A stretch of DNA of 64,000 bases from Rhizaria sp. SCN 62-66 (lineage: Eukaryota). The translations under genes and the position numbers were made by a program. Positions 48,001 to 61,017 of this stretch are shown here, piece after piece; positions within the stretch are counted from its first letter, which is position 1; every line of letters starts with the position of its first letter. The DNA lies in assembly GCA_001724265.1 (NCBI GenBank), contig MEDY01000318.1:1-64000 (forward strand), written 5' to 3'. The notes beneath the pieces are model-generated. The model made no database searches and was not told the origin of the DNA. It saw nothing but the letters and a program-made list of their open reading frames with translations.

Positions 48001-51000
48001 ACAGCCATGTTGAAATCGGCAGTGAACGCGCCATGCGAGGTCGCAGTCACCAGTGCAGCATTGGTGGAGAGCGCGAACGAGCTCACGGTCTCGCAAGCCA
48101 CGGCCGAGTCAAGCGTGGGTCGTACAACGAAGGAGCCTTCGGTAGGGAGCTCGGCGTTGCCCGAAAAGGTAAAAGACACGGTTATGGCACCAGTGGCATT
48201 ATTATACGCGAGGCCCGCAGTGACGCCGTCAACAATAGCGTAGTGTTCGTTCAATACTTGCACTTTGGTGATGGACAAGCCAGTGAAAGGGTTTGCGTGG
48301 CTCGTGTTGGCGCGCTCAATGGTGAAGACATTAGTGAGGGCCACCTTGTCCTTGTTAGAGTAGGTAAGCCAGGAGACGACAAAGCCGGAGTTGCCAGTGA
48401 GCTTCATTTCGTCGCTCTCAATCGCAAGCCCAGTGAAGACGGCAGGGCACTGCTTGGAAGTGTACGACGCCGACATCGAGCCCGCTGAAGCAGCGTGCAA
48501 AATCACCGACGAGTCGGAACCCGAAGAGAGAAGGAAGTGGGATGTGACACCGCAGGTTGCACCGGTGCTGAGCTTGAGAGACAGCGTAAGAAGGCCATTG
48601 ACGGGCATTGGGCTATCCGTCGTGGGGGCAAATGAAACGATGTAAGCACCGTCGTCGACAATGACGGTGGCAATGCCAGCAACAGAAGCGCCAGCGCTAG
48701 TGAGTGTGACAGTGGCGGGAGCTTCGAGATTGAAGGCGTCACTGCTGCCGTCCGAGGATGCAAAGGAGAAGCTCGACTTGAGCGATACACTCATCTTGTT
48801 AATAAACCCGGTCCATGTGAAGATGGCGTTGTAGTTATCGCCGTCAATCTCGCTCGTGACGCTGACGCCGCGAAACTCAGCAGGATCGGGGCATACTTCA
48901 GTGGACGCAGAGACGGTCAGATCAGAGCCGGAGAACCCGGAAACGTTGCTCTCATCGACACCAAGAGTGTACTCGCTCGCGAGGCCGCACTTCTGAGATT
49001 GAACGGCGTCGAACGAGAAGAAGCCCGGAGCGGGGATAGTGTTGGTTCCAGTGCCGCTGAACGCAAAGTGGAAGCCAGCGTTGCTAAACGTGACCGCGAC
49101 ATCAACGTTCGCACCGACATTAATGGGGGCTGTAGATCCAGAAAGCGCATTGAAAACTGCGGCAGTGCTGCCACTGAACAAGATCGAATAGTCGGAGAAG
49201 TCCTCCATGGGAATATTGTCAGTATTCTCAAAATCGGTCCAGGAAACGGTAAACGTACTCTCGACAAGCGTAAGTGACATACCGCTAACACTGGGACACG
49301 CCGCGGCGCGCGCCTCAGTGGCCACCAGAGTCGTATCAATCGAGTTGCTCACAGTGGCGATTGCAGTATTGGCCGAAGAAATGATATAAGAGCCCGTAAA
49401 GGTCTGACTGCACGAGTGAGCGGTTTCGTTGATCTTGGGGACGAAGACAAAATCAGCATCAGCAGGCATCGTGGCGCCGTTAACAATACTAAAGGTGATC
49501 GTAATCACACCGGCGATACTCTTGGCAGTGGCGCGAACGTCGCTGTTCAGCACCACAGTTTCGGGCCCCCACTCGCTGTCGTACACCTGGGTACCAGACT
49601 CGAGATTGATCTGCAGAGTCGGAGAGGCGGTGTTAAACGTGCTCACGGTGACGCCAGTCCAGCTCACGGCAAGCTTTGCCTTGCCTGCGTCCACAAACGC
49701 ACTGAGAGCCATGGTGTCAAACGAGATCGGGCAGTTGGCCCAGACGTACGTGGAGACAAGCGCGTCGTTGTCGCCGTCAATGGGCGCAAACGACGACGAG
49801 TCCATCTCGGCGACGAGGAACACTTCAGACGCGTCGCAGCTATGTGACTGCTGAGAGCGCGGGGGCTCGACGTCGACGTAAGCCGCAGTAGGGAACACAG
49901 CAGTTGCGTCAGCGCCGATGTAGACAAACGACAGCGTGATGGTAGAGTCAGCGACAACGGCAGTCACGGCCCAGTCGGCGTTGACCGTGCCCGTGGGGTT
50001 GTACAGCGCGGCGAGCGCAGAGGCCGCGTCATCAATGAGCGAGGAACTCATTGTGGCCACGTCAGCATAGGAGATCTTGACCATATTCTCAAATATGGTT
50101 GCGTCCGACTTAAAGCCGGTCCACGAGAAGCGGAAGCCGACGGAACCTTCGATTGCAGCCAGCGTGTTGTTGACGTCGTCATCGTAGGGCGCGGTGAGGC
50201 GCACGCCGGAAAACGCACTGATGCAGCGGGGTGTGCTGGCAATGAAGTTGACAGCGCCAGACACGACCGGATTGCTGTTATCGACGATGTACATGCCAAG
50301 GCCGGTGGTGTCCTCGGGGCTTAGCTTCTGTGCGGCATTGACAATGTCGCACTTTGCAACGAGCACTGTGTCAAATGAAACAGAGCCCGACGTCGGGAAG
50401 GAATCCTGGGTGCCCGTCTGACTAAACGTAATGTAAAGACCATTGTTGTCATGCGTCAGGTATGCGGCGAACGTGAGCTTGTTTTCTTCAATCAGCACAT
50501 AAGTTTCGGGGAACTTGGCAGCCTCGAAAACGACGACCCCCGTAGTTGTGGCAGGGGCAATCCTAAGACTCACCATGGTCTCCTTCAGGGTCAACGAGTC
50601 ATCGTTACGGTATCCCTGCCACTCAAGCCTGACGCCTGTGCTCGTCTGCGTGACCGTGACACCCGTCATTGTGGGGCAGGCAGGCGTGCGCACGTCAACC
50701 GACAGCAGGGCCATGTTAGTGTTGATGATCGTCGCAAAGTCAGTGTTACTCGACTCAAGCGTGATGCTTCCAGTGGAAACCGACGCGCACGTAATCAGAG
50801 AGTCGATGAATTCAAGGTTAAAAACCATGGTACCCGATAAAGGAAGCGCCGTGCCAGGGGCAGTTGAAAAGGATAGTGTCATAGGGCCGCCGTCGGTAAC
50901 GATTTTAGCAGTGGCAGGGTAGCTGGCGTTCGCATTAACAGTCAGATGGAGCGCTTGAGCCTTGAAGAGGCCATTGTTCATCGTCAAGACCAGCTCCGGC

Positions 51001-52973
51001 GACAGCGGGCTTTCGCTGGCCATCGTAAGTGACTCCCAACTCACAGTAACTGACGCCGCGCCATTGCTGTCAAGCTCAAACTCCACCTCGGCATTCTTAA
51101 AAGTGATAGGGCACCATGACCACACGAATTCCACTGAGAGTGACTCGGCAGACTTCTTCAACAAGAGATTGCTTGAGTCCGCGCTGGAAACATTGTGCAT
51201 GGCAAACGTGTTGCAGGGCATCTCCTGGGCATCAATACCCGTGATGCGCGTGGGGAAAATGTCAAAATAGCCAGACGCGGGAAAAGTGGCGCCCATTGAC
51301 TTGGTGACGCTTACAACAAAATTGCCGGAGTTAGAGTCAAAGCTTGCGGCTGCGGTGATCCCGGCGGCAGGAGTTTTGTCACTTGCGAAGATTGTCACGA
51401 TGTTGTCAACACCCGTAAAAAAACCGGGGTTATCCTCACCGGGAGAAATGACCATGACGTCGTCCCCGTTGAAACCAATGTTATCCTTGAAATTGAGCCA
51501 TTGTACGCGCAGAGACGCAGTGCCGGCAGCCGGATTAACGGTATCAGCGTTGACACTGAGCGAAACGGATGAAAATGTGTTGTACTGGCACATCTCCGCC
51601 TCGTAGACCGCGGAGGCACCGGCATTGTTGTTGGCGTCGGTCACAGAAAGGAACAAAGGATCGGCAGCCTCAAGGCGGTAGTTCGAAGTGGAATCGCAAG
51701 CCATTTCCTCCGCATAGCTGGCAAATGAGAAGCTACCGGATGTGGGAAAGGCGCCCACCTGAAGTTGTGTGAACGTGAGAATATACTCGCCATCGTCGTA
51801 CTCAAGCTTGACCACAGTATTTTGGTCGCCGTCAACTGTCTGATTTGGCGGATTATTCAGGATACCATACAGGGCCGCGTACTCACTCTCAGACGCAGTC
51901 TTAATCTTGAGCGGCGAAAGCCGCGTTACGGGCACGTTACTAGGATTGCTAAAGCCAGTCCACGCGACTGCAATAGAGAGGCCTTCGCCCATCTTAGCGC
52001 TGAAGCTCACGCCAGTGATTTGGGGGCACTCTGCGAGAGTGACAGTGACAGTGGGCTCGCTTGAGACGGCGGTAACATCTGAGTCGGACTCCAGCTTATA
52101 GTCACCAACAGTGCTCTTGGAGCACATGCCAATCGCTTTCACGGGAACGATGAAGGAGCCCGCTGTGGTGGTGGAGAGCGACTTGTCTTCAGGAATGTCG
52201 AACTCAATCATGATATTGTCATCGGAGATCTCCGCCCAAACGGTGACTCCATCGGAGCCGGTAACATCGGTAGACTCGCCCGTATCAGAATCAAAAATCT
52301 TGGCGCCGCCAGTGTTCTTGAGGATCAGCATCGGATTAAAGACCTTGTGTGTGTGCACTGACATTGACACGCCGGACCACCCGACGGTGACCTGAGGCAC
52401 GCCCTGCACCAACGCGGATGTCAACGTCACGTCAGCAAAGCTCACCGGGCACAGCTTACCGTGGAACGTAACAGACGAGGAATACAGAACGTCACCTTCA
52501 CCGCCCGAAACCGTGTACTGTGCGACGGTGTCGCAGGGCACGTCCTTGTTGAGCGTCATAACGAGGGTCACATAATTGGAGTCGCTCGGAAAAACCTCGC
52601 TACATTGGAAGGAAAGCGTGATTCCGCGGTCGCTACTGTCGAATTGCGCCGTAAATGTGCAGTCTTCGGAGGAGAAAGTGGCAGAGGTGATCCCGGTGAT
52701 CAAGAGAGGATCGTTGTGCGCGTCCCCAGTGTAGTCAAGGAAGAGTGAGTATTCAAAGTCGGAGCTACTGGTAGGGTCTGAGGTGGCGTCCCAACCGAGA
52801 ATGAATTTAGAAGAACCGGAAATGCTTCCGTCGTAATCGTCGGCGAAAGAGAATTCCTCGTATGTCAGACCTGCAGTGGCCGATACGAGACTTGAGAGCG
52901 AAAGAAGGACGCTTAACAGCACCACAAGGAGACCCAACGAGCACGCCCGCTGAGGACCCCGCCGTGAAGTCAT
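45084..52973 (-). CDS. Large (~2629 aa) type-I membrane surface protein: ~12 beta-rich repeats, Cys-rich TSP1-like and EGF-like modules, TM helix; one in-frame TAG
   Basis: ORFs 47148-52973 and 45084-47138 are in frame and joined by TAG AAC CCG CCT (CPSLVS*NPPVLKKAC). Signal peptide, EGF-like CANGGTCDNTSGQCMCKGAWSGSDC, TM IIAGVVVGVGGFLIIAGIVIFLYY and a short tail ending GYDV. Stop TAA. Confidence 0.85.
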
Positions 52974-54356
52974 CTATTATGTGGAGTAAGAAGGCAGTAG
53001 GAAAGAAAAGTGGCATAGGAAAAACGGAATAGCGTTTGTGGCATGTGTTAGCAAAGTGATGAAGTGCGGTTGAGAACAAAACTAAAGGCGCCCGAGCAAG
53101 TGAGGTGTGGGGCTGATGTTAGGAAGGTCATCTCTGAAGAGTCTCGACCAGAATTTGTGTTTTTGACGCCTTTTATATTATGCTGGAAAAAATATCGTTT
53201 TTGATTAATATTTTTACGCCCTTGATCTACACAAAGAAAAACAGATAAAAATCATTGGATCTCGGCAAACTAGCAACAATACCTCAAGAAGAAATCGGAC
53301 TCTTCGAAAACCCCTCGCCGACCGCTGGCCAGCCAGAGCTGCTTGACCAGCAATTGGGCCGCCTGTTCGCCTAAGTCGCCAGGCAGGTCAGCTTGGTTGA
53401 CTTGGTGTCCAATATAGTGTAGTGTATATTCATATAAAACAGTGACTTTGAAATATATTATTTAAACAGTTTGGATACACTTGAAAATATGTTGCTTGGA
53501 GCTACAACTCCTCATTCTCTGGAAATATCTGTCTTAATATGATGAACATCAAGGATATGGGTCGTAAGCCTAGGTAAATGCAAGCGTAATCAGAAGAAGA
53601 TGGCGGCTAATAGGACTGAGAGTGTGGCTTTAAGTTGTATTACAGTCTGTTCCTACCTGTGTGATACGTTTGACTCGGATCAATTGTAATCATTTGCGCG
53701 TTTTCACCGCAAAGAGCGCAACATCGACAGTACGAAACTCTCTTAACGGTGGATAACGGAGTGCAAATTGTTTAAATGTCAGCAACTGTATAGTATGTCA
53801 TTAATAATGCGTGTTGTCTCTTTTAAAATTGCGTTTATTTGCAAAGCGCTGTAGATCACACCTGCAATACGTGTGATCTTGCAATTCGAGACCACAAAAA
53901 ACGTTTGTGGCTGGCAGGGTTGCGGCAGCAGCTCCTGTCAGTGAAAAATCTGCGTTGCACGGTCAACAGAAACGTTGGGGCTACCTCAACCAGTTAACAC
54001 GCTCGCTGTTTTTGTGCGTATGCCTGACGCATATTATGACTTGTACGCTTAGATCTCTTTTAGTATTCGGCCACGCTCTTGTTCTGCGCCGGTATCATGT
54101 CATTCTCACAGAGACGGGAGAGGATTGGATATAACACGAGCCTCTTCACAAAGCCACATCTAGCGAGCACACACAGCCTTCAAGAAGTCCACCCTCTTAT
54201 ATTTTACCCTGTTTCATATTGCTCCCAACTCATATTTGCTTAACTTCCTTCCTTGAAGTGTGAAAACCCTTCAGACCGGTTCGAACTGCATACTGCACGT
54301 GACTCGCCCCCTCCTCTCTTCGGTTCTTTCCTGTGCGCCCCCGTCGCTCCCGCTCA

Positions 54357-55733
54357 ATGTCCTTTACCGCAGCGGGAGCCTCCCCGCACTCTGGCTCCGA
54401 TCGACTACCGCGCCAAGCCTTGGGGCCTTCGGTGCCGCCTCCAACAGCTTCCAGAACTGCGGTGAACGTCGAGCCCTCCACAACCACGTCATCCCGCGGC
54501 AACACCACCGCCGCCAAGAAAGACATCGGGCGCCACAGTGAGCATCACGACGATGACGATGACGACGACGACGACGACCATGATCACGACGACGACAATG
54601 ACCACGATGCAGCCCACGGCGGTGGCTTCAAGCGTCGCTCCAGCATGCTTTCCAACTGCTACACCATCACCACTGCTGCCTTTCTCACCACCCTCGTCGC
54701 CTTCGCGGTCCTCATCCTCGCCACCCTCGCGCCCTCGTCGGCAGACGACGCGCTCTCCGGCGCCGCCGCTACGTCCGCCTTGCCCGATATGGCCACCGCC
54801 TCTCTGACAGACGTTCTCTCCGCCTTCGCCGCACGCTTCGCCTCCACAGCCTCGGCCTCGCTGCCGGCGCCCGCCGCGCACGACCTTGCCGCGCTGGCGC
54901 TGCTGACTCACCTCGCCGTCGTCCCGCTGACGCACCTCATTGTCGGCCGCCGCCGCTACCGCTCTGCCTGGTCGTTCTGGCAACCGTTCGCCGGCGGTGC
55001 GCGTTTCGTGCTGCTGCAGGCGCTCGCGTGGACCGCCTACGGGCTGGTGTTCGCCGCCGTGCTGTTGGGGCTGTACCGCGGCGTCCAGACCGTGACCGTG
55101 GCCGCACTGCGCTCGCTGGGACTGGGCGGGGTGATTGCGCAGACGCTCGTGCTCGTGTCGATCCACTACTGGTACAATAAGGGCGAGCGGCACTTGTCGG
55201 ACTTCACGCAGAGGCAAACGGCCGCCGCGGTCAAGACGCGCGCCGTCGCCAGCAACGACCTCGTTAAGGGCAATCTCGCAAAGAGCAAGACCACTGCCAG
55301 CAGCAAGAGCACCGACTCCAGTCGGAGTGAGAGTGCCGCTCTCGGCAGCGGCGACCGCGCTCACGACAGCAAGCTCTCTGTCGGCGTCGCCGCTGCCGCT
55401 GTCCCTGAAGACGAGGGCGAGTCCGAGGGCCCGGTGACTGGTCGGGCACGTGGGGATAGCAAGGCCAAACGGCTACGTCGCCGCGCGCGCCGCGCCGCTG
55501 CTGTGGCCGCCGCCGCCGCACAGGCCGCCGACGCCGCCGCCGCCGCCGCGGCCACGCTCGCCGCTGTGGCCGAGGCTGGGACCGACGTCGCAGTTAGCAA
55601 CGACGCTGCCGAGTCTGGCGGTCAGACAGGCAAGAGCAGCAGCTTTGGCTCGCAAAGCATCATCACAAACGCCACTGACGCTCCCCACGCTGTGACTGCC
55701 GGTGCAGCCAGTGCTGCGAAAGCTGCTATTCCG

Positions 55734-55765
<32 letters not shown>

Positions 55766-58700
55766 GACGACACCGGCTGCGACGACACCGGCTGCGATGT
55801 GTGCGCGCCACAGCCTCGTCCGCTCACAGTCGCTCGTGCGCTCGCAGTCGCTCGCGCTCGGGCTCGCGCCGGCACAGCTGCGGTCAACAGGCTCCGGCGC
55901 TCGGATTGCTGCCGTGCAGCAAGGCGACGCCTCCGCCGCCGCCGCCGCAGCTGGTGAAGGCGGCGTTGCCCCGCCGACTGTGGCCGTGACCGTGGCCGGC
56001 GCCACCGCACGTGTCAGCGCCCGCCTCTCCCAGTCAGTCCACGCCGCAGCTGAGGCGGTACACGACGTCACCGAACGTATTCGCCGCGTAGTCGCGCACG
56101 CCAGCGCTGAAGGCGCTCTCGCGCGCTCACGGTCGCGCTCGCGCTCGCGCAACGATGCGGCACGGAGTGCGTCGCGCAGTGCGTCACGCACTTCGGAAGG
56201 TGCGTCACGCAGATCTGCCGCAGCTGGTGGTGGCGGCGTCGATAGCAAAGCACGCAAGGCCGCTTCTGCGGAGGACGATAAGGACGGGTTTACTACTGCA
56301 GCGAGACTAGTTGCTGCCGACGGCGACAGCGGCATCAACGAATACGACGCCGATGCAGACGCTGACGCCAATGATGATGATGAAACTGACGCTCAAGTCA
56401 AGGGAGACAAGTACTGTGACAACGCAGGTTGCCTGAGTCCCGACACCTCCAACGTCACACCCACCGGCCCTGATTCCGTGTCTGACGCTGCGCCTGCGAC
56501 TGGGACTGTGAGCCCTGTTGTCGCGACTGTTGGTGGTGTCCGCTCAGGCCGCAGCGCCCGTGGCAGCGACCCCAGCCGCGGCCACAGCCGCGGCCGCAGC
56601 CACGATCCCAGCCACAACGATGTCAACACACGACACACCACTCAGCACGGCGACACACACGCTCACGCGGGCAGTGCTGGGACTGGCGCTTATGTGACTG
56701 CGAGCAGCAAGCGTCGTCCGCCGTCCCCGCTTTACTCCCTCCGCTCAGCCCTCGAGCGCTCTGCCTCTGCGACCGCGTCGGCGTCGGCGTCCTCGTTCAC
56801 GTTCGCCACGATCGCACCAGCGTCTGCCGCTCTCGCCGCTGACGGCTTTGCTGCCACTAGCGGGGCCGAGCCGTGTAGCTCGTGCCCTGACTGTGTGGCC
56901 GAAGACAAGGCTCGTCTCGCGTCCAAGGCTGCCGCTGCGGCCGCCGCGGCCACCGCCGAAGCTGTAGCCGCCGCCGCTGCTAGCTCCCCTAGCTCCGGCA
57001 GCTCAGGCTCAGGCTGCGCGACGCCAACCTCTGCGAGCGCTGCAGCCAGTGCTGCGGATGCCCCGCTGCTGGGCTGGCGCGGCGTTGGCTGGGTCGGCAC
57101 CGCGCTCACCGTGCTATCCCTCGCCATTTCATCCGTGCTCGAGTCCATCCTGCTCTCCCCTGCGTCCGCCAGCCTCACCGTCACCGCGACTGCCGGCGCG
57201 GCCACCACCGCGCGCACTGCGGCGCCGCTCACGGTCGTTCTCGCGCTCATCGCGCTGGGCTCGGTGCTCGTGGCAGTACCGCTGACCCACGCGCTCGCCG
57301 GACACCGCCTCCACAATATCAACGGCGGCCGCGGCGGTCACCGTGTTATTCTCCCGGCCGCGCTCCCCGCCGCCGTCGCGGCCGCCGGCACGGACGCAGA
57401 CGCAGACGCGGCCGCTGCCGCTGCCGCCGCCGCCGCTGCCGTCGGCGGCGGATGGCGTGTGTTCCAGCCGTTCCGCGGTGGCCGCCGCTTCGTCCTCCTG
57501 CAGGCGCTGGGCTGGATGCTCTGGTCGTGCACGCTCGTCGCCGCAGTCTACCTGCTCTGCTTCGCTGACTTACCATCACTGCGCGCGATGGGTGCCGGTG
57601 TGGTGACCGTGCCCGGGCTGCTGGCCGTGATGTCGCAGGTCGCCGTCCTCGCGTCGCTGCGGCACTTCGACAAGTCGGTTGGCAACGTGCTGTGCCAGAC
57701 TGGACACCCCGGACACAGCAGCAACAGACACTATTACCGGAACGCCGGTGGCAGCGGTGCCTCCACGAGTGCGGCTGACTCTTGTGCTGCTGCTGCGACG
57801 ACTAAGATCGGGTTTTTGCTTCCGGCAGCGTCTAAGCTCCCGCATCTTCCTAAGCTGGGCAAGCTGCCACCGTTGCCAAAGGACAAGGATGTTTCGAGCC
57901 GGCTCGTGTCGTCGGTCGAGGTGTACTTGCGCCCGACGCGCTTCCAGCAGCACTTAGATCTGTTGTCGCCGTCGCCGTCGCCGCTGCCGTCGCCGTCACC
58001 GGGTGTTTCGCCTTCGCCGTCGTCGATGCAGAGCGAAAGCAAAGAGGCCACTCTGGCATCGCCTGAGAAGATCCGTGCTCACGGTCACTCCGCCCATGGT
58101 CACCACCATCATCATCACAGGTCCGTGGGCGACGATGAGGAGTCCGGTCATGACGACGGCTTCGACTCGGACTCCGGCTCCGGTTCAGACTCTGACAGCG
58201 ACAGTGACGATAACAAGACGGAGGCTTCTTCGCCGACTGCTGCGACGACTGCTGATGGCGGTGATGACACCGCGATCATCGGTGTGAGCCCGAGCCCCAC
58301 CCCATCCGTCTCCGAGCTTGCCCGATACCTGGTCGCGAGTGTCCGTACCTTTGACTGGCGTGTCATGCGTGAGCAACTCCAAGACATTGTTCTGCTCATG
58401 CTTATGTACCACACACCCGTTTTTGGTGCGTTCTTCACGTTCGCGCCCATCGCTGCTGGCTACATCTACGGCACGGCCTCTTGGCCCTTTATCGCCGTCA
58501 TCGTGATCCAGCTGTACTACTTCTCGGGCCACTTTTCCAACGCGCACCGCGACGGCTCGCGTGCGCGCGACTGGGCCCGCCAGCACAACGCCGTCTGGCA
58601 GGCATTTTATCGGTACTTCAACGCCACGCTTGTGCTGCCTAGTCGCGAAGAGCTCCAGGCCGCGTGGGATCTGCGCTATTTCGAGCCCGCTCACACGCTC

Positions 58701-59588
58701 CCCCACAGTGCTGACTCCAACGGCAACAACGGCGACGGCGGAGGCAATGGCGACGAGAGCAGTGAGAGCAAAAACCCGAGCAGCACTTCCGCGATCGAGT
58801 CCAGTCCCAGCTCCACTGAGTCAGGGTCTTCTCCTTCTCTGCCGCTGCCCAATACTGAGGCGGCCGCCGACCCTTCCCTGCTGCTGCCGTGGCGCTCTTA
58901 CCCCGGTGCGACTCTGGACCCCGGTCAGCCGTATCTCTTCTGCTTCCACCCGCACGGCATCTACCCGATGACGTCATTCTGGGCTACACGCCACGAAGTC
59001 TTCCGCTCTGCCGCGCCGGGCGTTGAGGTCGACGTGCTGGGCGCCAGTGTGCTCGCCTTCTCGCCCGGTTTGCGTGATGTTTTCCTCGCCACCGGCGGCC
59101 GGGACGTTAGCCGGGCGTCGATCCTCAACTGTTTCGCATCGCGACGCAGCTGCTTACTCATCCCCGGTGGCCAGCGCGAGATGAAGTACGCGGACTACTA
59201 CGACCGCAACTTCACGCTGTACGCACGCCACATGGGGTTTGTCCGGCTTGCGCTGCAGGCAGGTGTTCCACTGGTTCCCGTCTTCTCGTTCGGTGAGAAC
59301 CAGATCTTGCATAACCTGCGGCTGCCGCGCGTGCAGCTGCTGATTTACCGGCTACTGGGCGTCTTTGTGCCGATGTACCCACACGGGCGCTGGTTCTCGC
59401 TCATGCCGAACGCGACCAAGGTCACCGTGGTCTTTGGCGCACCGGTGTTTTTGCCGAAGATCGACAACCCCACGGCAGATGAAGTGGCTGCGTTCCACTT
59501 TGAGTACTACGGACGCGTGCACGAGCTGTTTGAGAAGCACAAGGCTGCCGCTGGCTTTGCGGACTCCACGCTCACGCTCGAGCTGTAA
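54357..59588 (+). CDS. DGAT2/MGAT-family acyltransferase with a long N-terminal extension containing a duplicated membrane module
   Basis: Single 1743-aa ORF from the first ATG. C-terminal YLFCFHPHGIYP, LIPGGQRE and RHMGFVRLALQAGVPLVPVFSFGEN are DGAT2-family signatures. Stop TAA. Confidence 0.9.
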
Positions 59589-61017
59589 TGGAGTCCCTGT
59601 TCTCACGTGCACGAGCGACAGTTCACGTGATACGATCCGTCAACTTTGCTGACTTAATACGATTGTGAATACTCTATATTCGATGTGTTCACGTTGAAGT
59701 GACATTTTACGACTTTGATTCGAGTCGTTTTCTCTTGTTTACATGTTTTTTTCTTGTGATTTTTTTCTTTTGTTCTATGAGTGAGCACCAAGTAGTTGTT
59801 TTTTTCCAACGTCAACGTCAGAAATGTTTGTTTGATGCCCTTTATCATCACGCTCTCACCTCAACACATAATGAGTTGTTCTCATGCAAAGGAGTGCAGT
59901 GTATTTTAAAAAAATGTCGTGTATATTATAGTGTAGATGTACTATGTAAATTTTTTTTTCGCATGTTTAATTTGACGAAGTTACTGGACATGTGACAGAA
60001 CTGCTGTCACAGGCCGCGTTACCGTGTATGTTGTTTGTTTCTTCGTTTCGAATTCAAATTACATCTTCTTTGAATGCGTATTGATATGCATACTGAAATA
60101 AAATGCCTATTAACTAACTCTCGTTAAGCTTGCAACAAAATGTTTCTCATCGTCACCGAGAACACTCAGCTTCTGTAAGTCACAGCTGTAAACTCGACAA
60201 AGCAACTGGATGGCAAATATGCCCCAAGTGTTTCGGGACTTTTAATCACCTACCGGGGCCTAGACAGTAGTCGGGACATACGGTCAACAACAACAATCTT
60301 TTCGTCGCACTTAGAACTGATGTGTAATCTCAAGATAAGCTTATTTTATTGGATTGCTTTTAGCTGTCAACGTGTGAAATAGCAGCAACAGTCACGGACA
60401 CAACTTTGGGGAAGAATCAACCAGCAAGGAAAGCGTCACAAACCACCGCAGAATTGAACTGACGCTGCGGCATGAACATGAAAATAAGGTGTTGCTGTAG
60501 GGGAATTCACAAACAAGAAATCAGTGACTCTCGTCGTATCGAAATCCTACAATAAGTATCGAGAAAAAAAAAAAAAAAGTTTGCGCATGCAACAACAGTG
60601 CGATACATAACTGTTGCAGTCAAACCACGCGCAGGCAATCGTTAAGAATGTCATGACAGCACATAAGATTCAGAGTTGCAAGATGATGTAGTCATCACCA
60701 AGTTGAAACGCGTCATTCAATTTGACTCAGCGTTGGGTTGTGAGCAAGCATGAAAACATTACGACGGTGCAATAAAAACAAATAAATAATCAGAAGCTAG
60801 GGCGAAACTAGTCGCAAGACGTTGCAACAACGCATACTATTGAAGTCAGAAATTAAAAGCCGACAACTTGGGCAATCAGCTAAGCAGGACACCTGTTGTA
60901 GAATCCCACGATGCGAGTAACATCACCCTCAAACTCAACAACCGGCCGCACGCGCGTGGATATGCTAAACCGCATCCTAATTGGCCCTTGAACAAGACCC
61001 ATGGCGGCCCTCACTGC

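Noticed and set aside
33523-52973. Pyrrolysine or selenocysteine-style insertion as the explanation for the internal stops
   Set aside because: The codons are TAG in structural, non-catalytic contexts. Sec uses UGA, Pyl is not known from eukaryotes, and no Pyl machinery is visible.
52974-54356. Possible tRNA or ncRNA (such as a suppressor tRNA-CUA) in the longer intergenic regions, also 59600-61000
   Set aside because: No cloverleaf or A/B-box pattern was recognisable by eye. tRNAscan-SE or Infernal would be needed.
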